In this document: in pieces, positions 28,979 through 37,869 of the stretch
Numbering within the stretch: position 1 is the first letter of the stretch
Layout: each line of letters opens with the position of its first letter
Virus record (IMG/VR): IMGVR_UViG_3300020045_003187
Coordinates: 1 to 47,878 of that record
Reading direction: 5' to 3' (one strand)
From: a virus
Lineage: Duplodnaviria; Caudoviricetes
Length of the DNA: 47,878 nt
The notes under the pieces: model-generated
Seen by the model: the letters and a program-made list of their open reading frames with translations, nothing else
Databases searched by the model: none
Told to the model about the DNA's origin: nothing
Position numbers and translations under genes: made by a program

Positions 28979-29055
28979 AGTTTTGCAACAAACTAAGACT
29001 TATTATATGTTGCACTTCTTCAAAGACTTTTGTCTATGTCAGTGTTTATTCTGTT

Positions 29056-29742
29056 TTATAGATTTTTTTCAATCCACTTTTCTCTTATTGTATAATCTAA
29101 TGATTTATCTGCTTGACCAAATATCCAAGCTTGCATCATAAGATTATGAACTTCTTCTCTATTCCAACTATCTTTTAATTTCTTAATTGTAATAGTATTG
29201 TCTTTAGGATTAATTTTTAATTTATCTTCATAATTTAAATTAGAAGATCCATTTCGATATTGATAATCTTCTTTTTTAGTTGTTTGGATATTTTCATATT
29301 CAACTAATACATCAGTAATAACTTCACTTTTATTATAAGATTCAATATATTTTTTAATGAATTGTTGAGATGGTTGAGGTAAATTATAATATAAATCACA
29401 AATATCACCTTTACCACCAAATATTTTTAATGAACTATCTGTTGTAGCTATTACTTTTTTATAACCATTATTTTTTATCCAATCTTTAGGGATAAATTTA
29501 ATATCTATAGCTAACTGTATAATAGTGTTAGTAAATGGACTATAGACGTAACTGTCTCCTTTTATTTCATCATCTGAAATAATATATAGATGATAATTAC
29601 ATACATAAGGTTTTTCAGCATCAATAGTTTTATATTCTTTTTGATATTTAAATAATAATGATGTATCTTCATAACCTTTTAAAGAATTTACTATATTACT
29701 TGTTGATAATATTATTACTTGTACTCTTTTAAACTGATTCAT
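29056..29742 (-). CDS. hypothetical protein
   Basis: 228-aa ORF; HLYIISDDEIK, KKVIATTD, LPQPSQQFI. Confidence 0.65.
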   Translation of the reverse strand: MNQFKRVQVIILSTSNIVNSLKGYEDTSLLFKYQKEYKTIDAEKPYVCNYHLYIISDDEIKGDSYVYSPFTNTIIQLAIDIKFIPKDWIKNNGYKKVIATTDSSLKIFGGKGDICDLYYNLPQPSQQFIKKYIESYNKSEVITDVLVEYENIQTTKKEDYQYRNGSSNLNYEDKLKINPKDNTITIKKLKDSWNREEVHNLMMQAWIFGQADKSLDYTIREKWIEKNL

Positions 29743-29937
29743 ATCATTTGTTTTTAAGATTATTAATTTATTTTATTGTGAATATTTAATATAGAATAAC
29801 ATTAATGTAATTATAATAAATACACATAATATTGTTAAACTAAATATTCTGTTTGGATGTTTAGAATGTTCTTGTGAAAGAATATATCTTTCTATTTTAT
29901 TTCTTATCATAATATTATTTAGTTAGTTATTTATTTT

Positions 29938-30413
29938 TAAAACCATTATAATATATTAATGTATTTATAATTCTTACGCTATTTATACTTGTTATAATGG
30001 TTTTATATTTTAAAAAAATCACTTGTCCATATCTAGTGGAATATACCTTTTTTGTTGTTGATATTATCTCAATACTCAGTAATATATCTTTACATATTAA
30101 ACACAACTGCTAGTACAGTTTATAATATAGTTTTTGATATTTTAACTACTCTTCTTAGAGCTAACACCATACGTTGATTCGTATTTATATTATTGTTTAT
30201 CTTTTAGCAAGTGATTTATATTATTAAACTATTATAATCGGGTTGTTGCTTAACCGTATCGAACATTTTTATTATAATAGTTTATATTATTAAACTCTCA
30301 CAAGGTTGCACCTTGATGTATTTAAACTATATAAAGCTACCTCAATGAGCAGTTTTCATATTAATATGAATGCTTATCTCTTTATATATCTGCAAATTGG
30401 ATGAGAGTTTAAT
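29938..30413 (-). ncRNA. tandem array of four stem-closed modules
   Basis: Inverted-repeat pairs at 29938-30005, 30016-30217, 30225-30284 and 30289-30413; identical 16-nt junction twice. Confidence 0.6.
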
Positions 30414-30416
30414 TAT

Positions 30417-30575
30417 TTAATTTCTTTTTAATGCATTTGTACCGTTTTGATTCAATGGTACACCATTCTTATTTAAAGGATAACCACCTTTACTATAACC
30501 TAATTTACTTTTACCATTTTTTGCTATTGCAAAAGATAATGGATATTCTACTTTGTGACCTTGTAATGTTAGCAT
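30417..30575 (-). CDS. 52-aa basic hypothetical protein, not in track
   Basis: MLTLQGHKVEYPLSFAIAKNGK..GYPLNKNGVPLNQNG..*. Confidence 0.5.
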   Translation of the reverse strand: MLTLQGHKVEYPLSFAIAKNGKSKLGYSKGGYPLNKNGVPLNQNGTNALKRN

Positions 30576-31189
30576 TTTATTTAGTTTTAAATTATTGTTT
30601 TTATTTAGTTATTGAAACGTCCACATTGGTTGTCGTTTACCATATAACCATAAGGATATATTGGTAATAATATTGTCAAAGTTTTTCATAATTTATTTAG
30701 TTATTAGTTTTGAAACTATTAATGAAAATACAATTGCTAACAATAAATTAAAAGTCCATTGTATAGGTTGTGTGAAATAATAATAATCTATTAATGTATA
30801 AATACAAATATAAATACAGAATAATATTATAGTTCTTTTTAAATAATTGTTCATAGTTTGTATGTTTTAGTTTTGTTTATTTTTAAACCATTGTTTAAAT
30901 TCTTGAAAATTACAAGATATTAACCAACCATTATATATAAATGGTTTATTATTACCTTTATAGTTTTTACTATTTTCTTTTGAAAAATCTTTTAACTAAT
31001 TCATATTTTTAGCAAATTCTAAAAATAATATGTTTAAATCTTTTTCTTTATTATATTGATATTTTTGTTTGTCTAACCATTTTCTAACACCAACATAACC
31101 TCTAAGTTTATCTACAATACTCATATTGTTTAAGTTTTAATATAATCAGTCAATCCAGCATTATCTGTAATTGACTGACTAAAGTGTTG

Positions 31190-31402
31190 TTATATTTCTT
31201 TCATAAATTTATTATCTTCAAGATATTTACCTAATGGTGGTAATGCAGCAAAACATATTATAACTAATGGTATTGATAATAATAACCAATTTGGAAAGTT
31301 AACGTATGTAAAACAGAATAAACAAGCTATTGCTGTTATACACATAATAAAAAATATAAGTATATATAATATACCTAATAGATTGATAAGAAATTGTTTC
31401 AT
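31190..31402 (-). CDS. small membrane protein
   Basis: Two hydrophobic segments. Confidence 0.55.
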   Translation of the reverse strand: MKQFLINLLGILYILIFFIMCITAIACLFCFTYVNFPNWLLLSIPLVIICFAALPPLGKYLEDNKFMKEI

Positions 31403-31417
31403 AATTTTGTTATTTAG

Positions 31418-31807
31418 TTAGTTAATAATTTGTATATTTCTATATAATAATTGATGTGGAAATCCTTTGTTTAAATAATTAATATAACCATATCCAGTTA
31501 AACAATTTCTTGCTGCTGAATATTCTTGACCAAATGATGGATATCTTGGAAAGTTTTTAATAATTATATCAATATATTCACCTTTAAATGTTAATGTTGG
31601 AGTTGAATGACTTCCAGATATTTTATTAAATGGTTTAGATAATGATATTGAATAACCAAATTTCTTTTGATTACCTTTATGTAAACATATTTCTTCAAAT
31701 TTTGAAGGTTTACTTATAATGGTAATATTTGATATTGTAATAGAATTTAAACTTGATAAAACTATGTTATTACAAGTATCTTTGTATATTCTAATTGTAA
31801 AATCCAT
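31418..31807 (-). CDS. hypothetical protein
   Basis: 129-aa ORF. Confidence 0.5.
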   Translation of the reverse strand: MDFTIRIYKDTCNNIVLSSLNSITISNITIISKPSKFEEICLHKGNQKKFGYSISLSKPFNKISGSHSTPTLTFKGEYIDIIIKNFPRYPSFGQEYSAARNCLTGYGYINYLNKGFPHQLLYRNIQIIN

Positions 31808-32168
31808 AATAATTGTAATTAATTAGTTAATATTAGTTTAAATTTGTAATAAATTGTGTGTAAATATATATAGAATAACTCAATTTAATTGGTTATAATG
31901 TTGATGTAAAAGCTATAACTATAAATATAGTTGTGTAACTGGAGTTGTAGTTTAAGAGTGAATATAGGTGGTGTGAGTCTAACAAACACCTCACTATCAA
32001 CAAGTTACAATAAAATAAACTATTATAATAAAGGATTCAGAGTTTATCCTTCAAAACTTCTATTGTGAAATATTTCACGCAAAGTTTACTTTCTTATTAC
32101 TAAGATTATAATAATTTATAATAACATTAAAGTTTTAATCCTAATCATATTCTCTTTAATATTAATCA

Positions 32169-32384
32169 TCAATTAAAGTTTTAGCAATTATAGTGTAAGA
32201 TTTCATTCTCCAACACTCTCATTATAATTAACTAAAACTTAATTGACAACATTAACCTATTATAACTTATTATATGATTTACTTTCTCACTACTTCAGTG
32301 TAGATTAGTCGGTTTCAAAGGTTCAGATAATCATTTACCTATTGGTTATTAATTATCACACATAATAAGTTATTATAGGGTTAA
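32169..32384 (-). ncRNA. two adjacent long stem-closed modules
   Basis: 32169-32246 and 32252-32384, each with >20 bp of interrupted terminal pairing. Confidence 0.5.
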
Positions 32385-32406
32385 AAAATAACCCCCGAAG
32401 GGGTTA
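32383..32406 (-). terminator. intrinsic terminator
   Basis: TAACCCC-TTCG-GGGGTTA-TTTTTT immediately after the stop of 32411-32785. Confidence 0.9.
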
Positions 32407-32410
32407 TAGA

Positions 32411-32785
32411 TTATGCTTCAGCAGCAACTGGCTCTGCAACAACTACATCATCAAACATAGACCCAAATGCGTCTGTATCGATGTTGTTACCTGCTGGTAA
32501 GTGAGATGTTCTAATCCACATTTTACCCTCATCATCACGAGATAATGTAGATAGTAATGTAGAACCTACTTTGATACCGTGTGCTAATGATTTAGCAAAT
32601 ATCTGTGTAGTAACAGCTTTAGCTGGTGTACCATTAGGATATGTGAAGTTCACATTACCTAATACATATTTAGTTCCATTACTGTTAGTCATCTCTTTAT
32701 CAGAGATTGATACTAATTCAGCAGGGAAATTAAAGTCTGTTTTACCTGTAGTTTCGTTAAGAACTGGTTTGAATTTTGTGCTCAT
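32411..32785 (-). CDS. first gene of the minus block; possible OB-fold nucleic-acid-binding protein
   Basis: Beta-rich pattern, acidic flexible tail, own terminator; the fold is an inference. Confidence 0.55.
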   Translation of the reverse strand: MSTKFKPVLNETTGKTDFNFPAELVSISDKEMTNSNGTKYVLGNVNFTYPNGTPAKAVTTQIFAKSLAHGIKVGSTLLSTLSRDDEGKMWIRTSHLPAGNNIDTDAFGSMFDDVVVAEPVAAEA

Positions 32786-32949
32786 CGTATAATATGTATT
32801 ACGGATTGCTGTCGAGTCACGACTTTAACAATCCAAGTTAGACAAAAGAAGTACGGAGTACCTCCCAAAATTTGAAAAGAGTGGGGGATGAAGTTTAGGT
32901 TAGTTTACGCATTCAATCAATAAAACTTTTAAAAAATTTTCCAAAAAAA

Positions 32950-32981
32950 TTTGGAATTGTCAATTTAATTCCGTATATTTG
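32950..32981 (+). promoter_or_regulatory. Bacteroidota housekeeping-sigma promoter
   Basis: TTTG-N20-TATATTTG just before ATG 32998. Confidence 0.85.
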
Positions 32982-32997
32982 TATAAATAATAAATTT

Positions 32998-33327
32998 ATG
33001 AGAAAAACAACTATTAATATTCCAATTTATCAATGTAAATTAACCATAATCTTAGATAAAGATTTATCATATATAACTAAAAAGTATAAAACTATTGATT
33101 TATCAGATTATGGTGCAATTACAATGAGGATTCCTAATAAACATAGTGAATATATTATATCATTTGAATATAGTGAAGGTTCTATTATAGCACACGAAGT
33201 AACTCATCTAGTTAATTACATATTTGAAGATAGAGGTATTAAATTAGATATTAAAAATGATGAACCTCAAGCTTATTTAGCAGGCTGGTTATTTAAAGAA
33301 ATAGATAAATTTATAAATAAAAAATAA
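32998..33327 (+). CDS. HExxH metalloprotein (zincin-like)
   Basis: IIAHEVTHLV..DEPQAYL. Confidence 0.65.
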   Translation: MRKTTINIPIYQCKLTIILDKDLSYITKKYKTIDLSDYGAITMRIPNKHSEYIISFEYSEGSIIAHEVTHLVNYIFEDRGIKLDIKNDEPQAYLAGWLFKEIDKFINKK

Positions 33328-33367
33328 TGTAAACGCTATAGGTGAGTAACAATTTATGTAAAATAAA

Positions 33368-33409
33368 TCACTTTTTATTAGGAATTTACAATTAAATTGC
33401 TTATCTTTG
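33368..33409 (+). promoter_or_regulatory. promoter; copy 1 of 42-bp direct repeat
   Basis: TTAG-N20-TATCTTTG; 38/42 identical to 34409-34450. Confidence 0.8.
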
Positions 33410-33420
33410 TACTTCAATAA

Positions 33421-33608
33421 AATAATTACGCAACTTATATAGGTGGTTGTTGCTATTTCACAGTATATTTTAGATATACAATCGAGGGCAAAAGGAGATA
33501 TGTGAATAGATAACGGGTTTTAAGGGTATGACGACTTCAACAAACTATATAAACCAAGGTATTTCTCAGAAAGTAAATTCTGGGGAAACCCTTTTGTGTT
33601 TAATTGTT
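33421..33608 (+). ncRNA. candidate structured sRNA
   Basis: Lies between a promoter and a terminator; nested helices with plus-strand G.U pairs; no ORF over about 30 aa seen. Confidence 0.6.
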
Positions 33609-33653
33609 AAATAATTATTTAAATAGTAGTATTTAGTTACTAATTATATCCAG

Positions 33654-33687
33654 AGACCTATGTTTAATAGACATTAGGTCTTTTTTT
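33654..33687 (+). terminator. intrinsic terminator
   Basis: AGACCTA-TGTTTAATAGACAT-TAGGTCT followed by a T run. Confidence 0.8.
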
Positions 33688-33748
33688 ATGTCTAATTATT
33701 ACTTAAATAATTTATTTTAATATTTTATTGAAAATAAGTGTTAAAATA

Positions 33749-33780
33749 TTTGGTGGTTTCATAAATATTTTGTATCTTTG
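33749..33780 (+). promoter_or_regulatory. Bacteroidota promoter
   Basis: TTTG-N20-TATCTTTG. Confidence 0.8.
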
Positions 33781-33796
33781 CTTTATAATAAAGATT

Positions 33797-34396
33797 ATGA
33801 ATAATATGGAAATACAATGTAATAAATATAATGAAATAAAAAATATTTCAGAATTTTATAAAGCTAAAGGTACTAAAACAGGTTATAGAAATTATTGTAA
33901 AAATTGCGAAAAGAAATTAGTTAATAATCACTATTACAATAATAGAGAAAAACTTAATAAATTAAATTGTGAACGTAATCGAGATAAATATGGTAAAAAT
34001 AAGCTAAGATGTAGAACTTGTAAAACAATAAAACCAAATACAGCATTTTCTATAAGTGAGACATCTATAACTGGTTATTTAGGAAGATGTAAAGAATGTA
34101 CTGATTATTACAATACCAATAAACAACGTTTACAAAAGGATTATATGTTAAAATCAAATTATGGTATAGATATAAATCAATTTGAAAGAATGTTAGAGTT
34201 TCAAAATTATAGTTGTGAAATATGTAAAATGCACCAAGATGATATGACAGGTCCTTTGTGTGTAGATCACTGTCATACTACAGGTGAAGTAAGAGGTTTA
34301 TTATGTTTTAGATGTAATGGTTCAATAGGTAAATTTGAAGACGATATTAATTTATTAACCAATGCTATTAACTATTTACAAAAATATTCAAAATAA
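33797..34396 (+). CDS. endonuclease VII-type HNH nuclease with N-terminal Cys-rich repeats
   Basis: CEIC..LCVDHCHTTGEVRGLLCFRCNGSIG; start moved from TTG 33728 to ATG 33797 because the promoter lies inside the longer ORF. Confidence 0.88.
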   Translation: MNNMEIQCNKYNEIKNISEFYKAKGTKTGYRNYCKNCEKKLVNNHYYNNREKLNKLNCERNRDKYGKNKLRCRTCKTIKPNTAFSISETSITGYLGRCKECTDYYNTNKQRLQKDYMLKSNYGIDINQFERMLEFQNYSCEICKMHQDDMTGPLCVDHCHTTGEVRGLLCFRCNGSIGKFEDDINLLTNAINYLQKYSK

Positions 34397-34408
34397 ATTA
34401 AAAGTTTT

Positions 34409-34450
34409 TCACTTTTTATTAGGAATTGTCATTTAAATTGTTTATCTTTG
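34409..34450 (+). promoter_or_regulatory. promoter; copy 2 of 42-bp direct repeat
   Basis: TTAG-N20-TATCTTTG before ATG 34476. Confidence 0.8.
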
Positions 34451-34475
34451 CATAGAATTTAAAATTAAAGATTAA

Positions 34476-34715
34476 ATGACAGGTTTTAAACAAAATAAAT
34501 TAGAACAATGTTGTGACTTCGATATAGAAGTTATATATAACGATCAACAACCTATTGGATTTGAAGATTGGTCAAAGCTAATAACATATGAAAAATGTAG
34601 AGTAACATTACCAGATAATACTTCAATAGATATTAAAATGTATATTGATTTAAATGGAGTATTTAAAAGTAATGATTTCACTAACTTCTTAGTAAATAGA
34701 TATAACGAATTATAA
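34476..34715 (+). CDS. hypothetical protein
   Basis: 79-aa ORF after a promoter. Confidence 0.55.
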   Translation: MTGFKQNKLEQCCDFDIEVIYNDQQPIGFEDWSKLITYEKCRVTLPDNTSIDIKMYIDLNGVFKSNDFTNFLVNRYNEL

Positions 34716-34862
34716 TGGAGGAAGACACTACACAATATTATAATGATGAATGGAATGGTAAATCTAAAGAATCTTATAGATTAGAAATATGGGATTTTAC
34801 AGAAAAAGGAATTAAAATATATACCTTAGAAGAATATAACAAATTAATTAAAAAAGATAAAG

Positions 34863-35135
34863 ATGTTAATAAATATACAAAATAAATATAACGAAATAGA
34901 ACAACATATTATAGCTAATCAAAAAGATATTTTTAATATGTATAATTACTATACTAAGAAATGGAGAGGAAACCGTCTTAATGATGTGAATGTGGGGATG
35001 TTTCTAGGAGATGGTAATATACCTACAGTACAAATATTTGTTCGTAATAAGACTGGATATGTTAAATCACATATATTATTCAATAAAGCTGGAGATACAA
35101 TAATAGATATTAAAACTTTAAACACAACTTTCTAA
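34863..35135 (+). CDS. hypothetical protein
   Basis: 90-aa ORF. Confidence 0.5.
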   Translation: MLINIQNKYNEIEQHIIANQKDIFNMYNYYTKKWRGNRLNDVNVGMFLGDGNIPTVQIFVRNKTGYVKSHILFNKAGDTIIDIKTLNTTF

Positions 35136-35482
35136 TGATTGATATAGCAAACGATAATTTAGATAATGAATTAAATATTCAAAAGAATAGTAAATTAAAT
35201 GAACATATTAAATCTGTGATATTTAAAAATGGAGAACTAATAAATTTAAGAACTGAAGAAGAAATTAATATTGAAAGAGATTTTTGGAGAAAATCAACAA
35301 AAGATAAAATGTTTATGAATACAGAAAAACAAATTAATACAGATTTACAATTAAATCATAATCCAAAGTATTTAGAATATTGGAGAAATATATTTCCATC
35401 TAAAACAGATAATGAATTAGAAGAATATAGAACTAGATGGGGTAAAGAAAATCCTAAATATTTAAAATTTGAAAGATTATAA
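35135..35482 (+). CDS. hypothetical protein
   Basis: 115-aa ORF with coupled start. Confidence 0.55.
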   Translation: MIDIANDNLDNELNIQKNSKLNEHIKSVIFKNGELINLRTEEEINIERDFWRKSTKDKMFMNTEKQINTDLQLNHNPKYLEYWRNIFPSKTDNELEEYRTRWGKENPKYLKFERL

Positions 35483-35630
35483 TGGAAGAAATTATTTTTA
35501 TAAATGGAATAGAACAAGTTAATATAGGTACAGTAGAAAAACCTTATTATATACCTAAACTAACAAAAGAAATGAAAAAATTATATGCTCAGATATATCC
35601 AAAAAATTTTAAACAAAATAAAAATAAATA

Positions 35631-35879
35631 ATGCAAACATTTACAAAAAACGGAATGAGAAAGAAAAATGTTTTAGATAAACTTAATACTAAGAAACAAG
35701 TTAAAACATTTTATACTAAGTTAAGACAGATTAATGAATTATCTGATTATCTTAAAACATTACCAGAACCTGTTACAGAAGATAATATTGATTCTATTGT
35801 ATCAGAGTTAATTGGTAGAGATTTAGATTCAATGGAGAAAAGTTTAATACTAGCTAGATTAGAAAGTGGAAAAGATTAA
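35631..35879 (+). CDS. hypothetical protein
   Basis: 82-aa ORF. Confidence 0.55.
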   Translation: MQTFTKNGMRKKNVLDKLNTKKQVKTFYTKLRQINELSDYLKTLPEPVTEDNIDSIVSELIGRDLDSMEKSLILARLESGKD

Positions 35880-36075
35880 AGAACATTCTGAATATGGTTG
35901 TATTACAAGAGAAAAGATTGAAAAAATAGTAAAAGAAGTATATGAAAATAAACCTGTAAAAGATAGAGAATTTAAATTTCACGTATATTTTGGAAGTCAA
36001 GAAGCAATGGATAATTGGAATGAACAATTTAACAAAGCTATTAAAGAAGAATTTAAAAAGAAATATAATGAGTAA
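35866..36075 (+). CDS. hypothetical protein
   Basis: 69-aa ORF, GTG start. Confidence 0.5.
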   Translation: MEKIKEHSEYGCITREKIEKIVKEVYENKPVKDREFKFHVYFGSQEAMDNWNEQFNKAIKEEFKKKYNE

Positions 36076-36346
36076 AGAAATAACACTATCTAATATTTAT
36101 AACTTTATAGAAGGTAATACTAGATTGTTTACAAAGAATATTCAACCAGATCATATTAAACAACAAATAGCATATAGAATGTTAAAGTGTAAAGATGATT
36201 GCGCTAAAACTGGTCATTGTATTAAATGTGGTTGTGATTATCCTGGAAGAGTTTATACTACTAAATCTTGTAACTTAGAAAGGTTTCCAGATTTTATGTC
36301 AAAAGTAGATTGGGAATTATATAAAATAGATAATAAAATTGAATAA
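36068..36346 (+). CDS. Cys-rich zinc-binding protein
   Basis: CKDDC..GHCIKCGC..KSC; start taken at MSKEIT. Confidence 0.6.
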   Translation: MSKEITLSNIYNFIEGNTRLFTKNIQPDHIKQQIAYRMLKCKDDCAKTGHCIKCGCDYPGRVYTTKSCNLERFPDFMSKVDWELYKIDNKIE

Positions 36347-36550
36347 ATGGATAAAGAATATACAATTTTTGAAAAAGATTTAAAAAAGGCATTAGATCAA
36401 TTAGATACATTTCAAACTAAAATGGATTTATTTACAGGTAAATATCCGAGGTTTAGTTATACTGTAAATGTAAGTAAAGAAACAGAAGGATGGTTAATCC
36501 TTTTAAACATTAAAACTAGATATGAAAAGAGAACTACTCCGACATCTTAA
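36347..36550 (+). CDS. hypothetical protein
   Basis: 67-aa ORF. Confidence 0.5.
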   Translation: MDKEYTIFEKDLKKALDQLDTFQTKMDLFTGKYPRFSYTVNVSKETEGWLILLNIKTRYEKRTTPTS

Positions 36551-36848
36551 CTTAATGTATAAGTATGTTGAGTATGTCAATAAGATGCATGTATTTCCAT
36601 TCTATGATACTGAATGGGTACAGAATATAAAAGATAAAAGAAATGAAATTATGAATAGTAATAAAGATTATGACCAAGAACCAGTCTTTGCTTGTAAACA
36701 TTGTGGTACATTAGTTGTACCTAATCAATATGAAGTAGATGATGATGGTAATGAAATATGTCAAAGATGTAATTCAGTAAATGAAGTAACTGAATATAAA
36801 GATATATTTGAATATAATAAAGAACAAAAAATTAAACCTAAATATTAA
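36522..36848 (+). CDS. zinc-finger protein
   Basis: YDQEPVFACKHC..ICQRCNS. Confidence 0.6.
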   Translation: MKRELLRHLNLMYKYVEYVNKMHVFPFYDTEWVQNIKDKRNEIMNSNKDYDQEPVFACKHCGTLVVPNQYEVDDDGNEICQRCNSVNEVTEYKDIFEYNKEQKIKPKY

Positions 36849-37022
36849 TTATGGAGTTTTGGACATATAGTACAGAATGGTCTAATGTAGAAAATATAGC
36901 TTTATTATTTAAAACTTTAGAAGAAGCAAAAGAACATTCATTAAAATCATATTTAAATTATGGTTTAAGTGAGGAAGATTGGAAACAGTTGACAAGTTAT
37001 TATAAATTTAAATTAGTTTAAG

Positions 37023-37403
37023 ATGGATAATGTTAAAAACGCAACTATAAATGTAAAGATTAAAAATTTCTTCTTTAGATATATTGAGTTTTTAAAACCT
37101 TTTCATAAACTTCAGAAACAACATTATACAGTAGTAGCTTTATTATTATATTATCATTATCAATTTTCTAAAGAGATTACTAATAATAAAATTCTATGGA
37201 AAACAGTATTTGATTATGATACTAAAATTCTAATTACAAATGAATTAGGTATTACAGCACAAGGTTTAGAAAATATATATAGTCAACTTAGAAAAGCTAA
37301 TGTTATAATTAATAATGAAATATCATCTGTATATATTCCTAAAATGGATAAAAAGAATAAAACATTTACTATTAATATTAATTTTAAAATTATAGATGGA
37401 TAA
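37023..37403 (+). CDS. probable winged-HTH protein
   Basis: ITNELGITAQGLENIYSQLRKANVI. Confidence 0.55.
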   Translation: MDNVKNATINVKIKNFFFRYIEFLKPFHKLQKQHYTVVALLLYYHYQFSKEITNNKILWKTVFDYDTKILITNELGITAQGLENIYSQLRKANVIINNEISSVYIPKMDKKNKTFTININFKIIDG

Positions 37404-37869
37404 ATATTACAACCCAATAATAGAAGAATTTCATCAAGGTTTTGAATATGAAATTTGGGAATCATTTGCATATACTAAAGAAAATTGGATAAAAGAAACT
37501 TTTCAATTTGTAGATAAAGATGAAATTTGGTTAGGTGAAGACCCAACTAATATTCTTGCAATGTATGAAAATAGAGGTGATGAAATTAGAGTTAAATATT
37601 TAGATAAAGAAGGTATTGAAAGTTTAGGATTTATATCCTCTAATGTAATTGATGTCTTAAAAGAAGAAGCTGAATTTATCAAAGGTTTCGAAAAAAATAC
37701 TTATATTTTATATATACAAGAAGATAAAAAATTAGTAATATATAATCAAAAAGAATATGATATTTCTAATAAAATAACAGGTAATTGGACAGAAGAAATA
37801 TTATTTAAAGGATATATTAAAAATAAATCTGAACTTATAAAACTTTTAAAACAATTAGGAATTGGATAA
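37396..37869 (+). CDS. hypothetical protein
   Basis: IEEFHQGFEYE..RVKYLD..IKNKSELIKLLKQLGI. Confidence 0.6.
   Translation: MDKYYNPIIEEFHQGFEYEIWESFAYTKENWIKETFQFVDKDEIWLGEDPTNILAMYENRGDEIRVKYLDKEGIESLGFISSNVIDVLKEEAEFIKGFEKNTYILYIQEDKKLVIYNQKEYDISNKITGNWTEEILFKGYIKNKSELIKLLKQLGIG

Noticed and set aside
29938-30413. CRISPR or TIGR-type array
   Set aside because: Unit lengths vary from 60 to 200 nt, only a 16-nt AT-rich junction recurs, and no cas or Nop-domain gene is recognisable.
30289-30413. SAM-I riboswitch (GATGAGAG, GGTGC-like words)
   Set aside because: The words fall on opposite strands, and the AUC-AGA, kink-turn and GCAACC core is not arranged correctly.
27376-32384. Hammerhead or other self-cleaving ribozymes in the modules
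   Set aside because: I found no correctly placed CUGANGA/GAAA core by eye. A covariance search could still find other classes.
30240-33453. GGTTGTTGCT shared by module 30225 and the plus-strand sRNA (possible antisense pair)
   Set aside because: A single 10-mer found post hoc, likely chance.
33728-33796. TTG-initiated N-terminal extension of the EndoVII ORF
   Set aside because: It spans a consensus promoter, so ATG 33797 or 33806 is more plausible.
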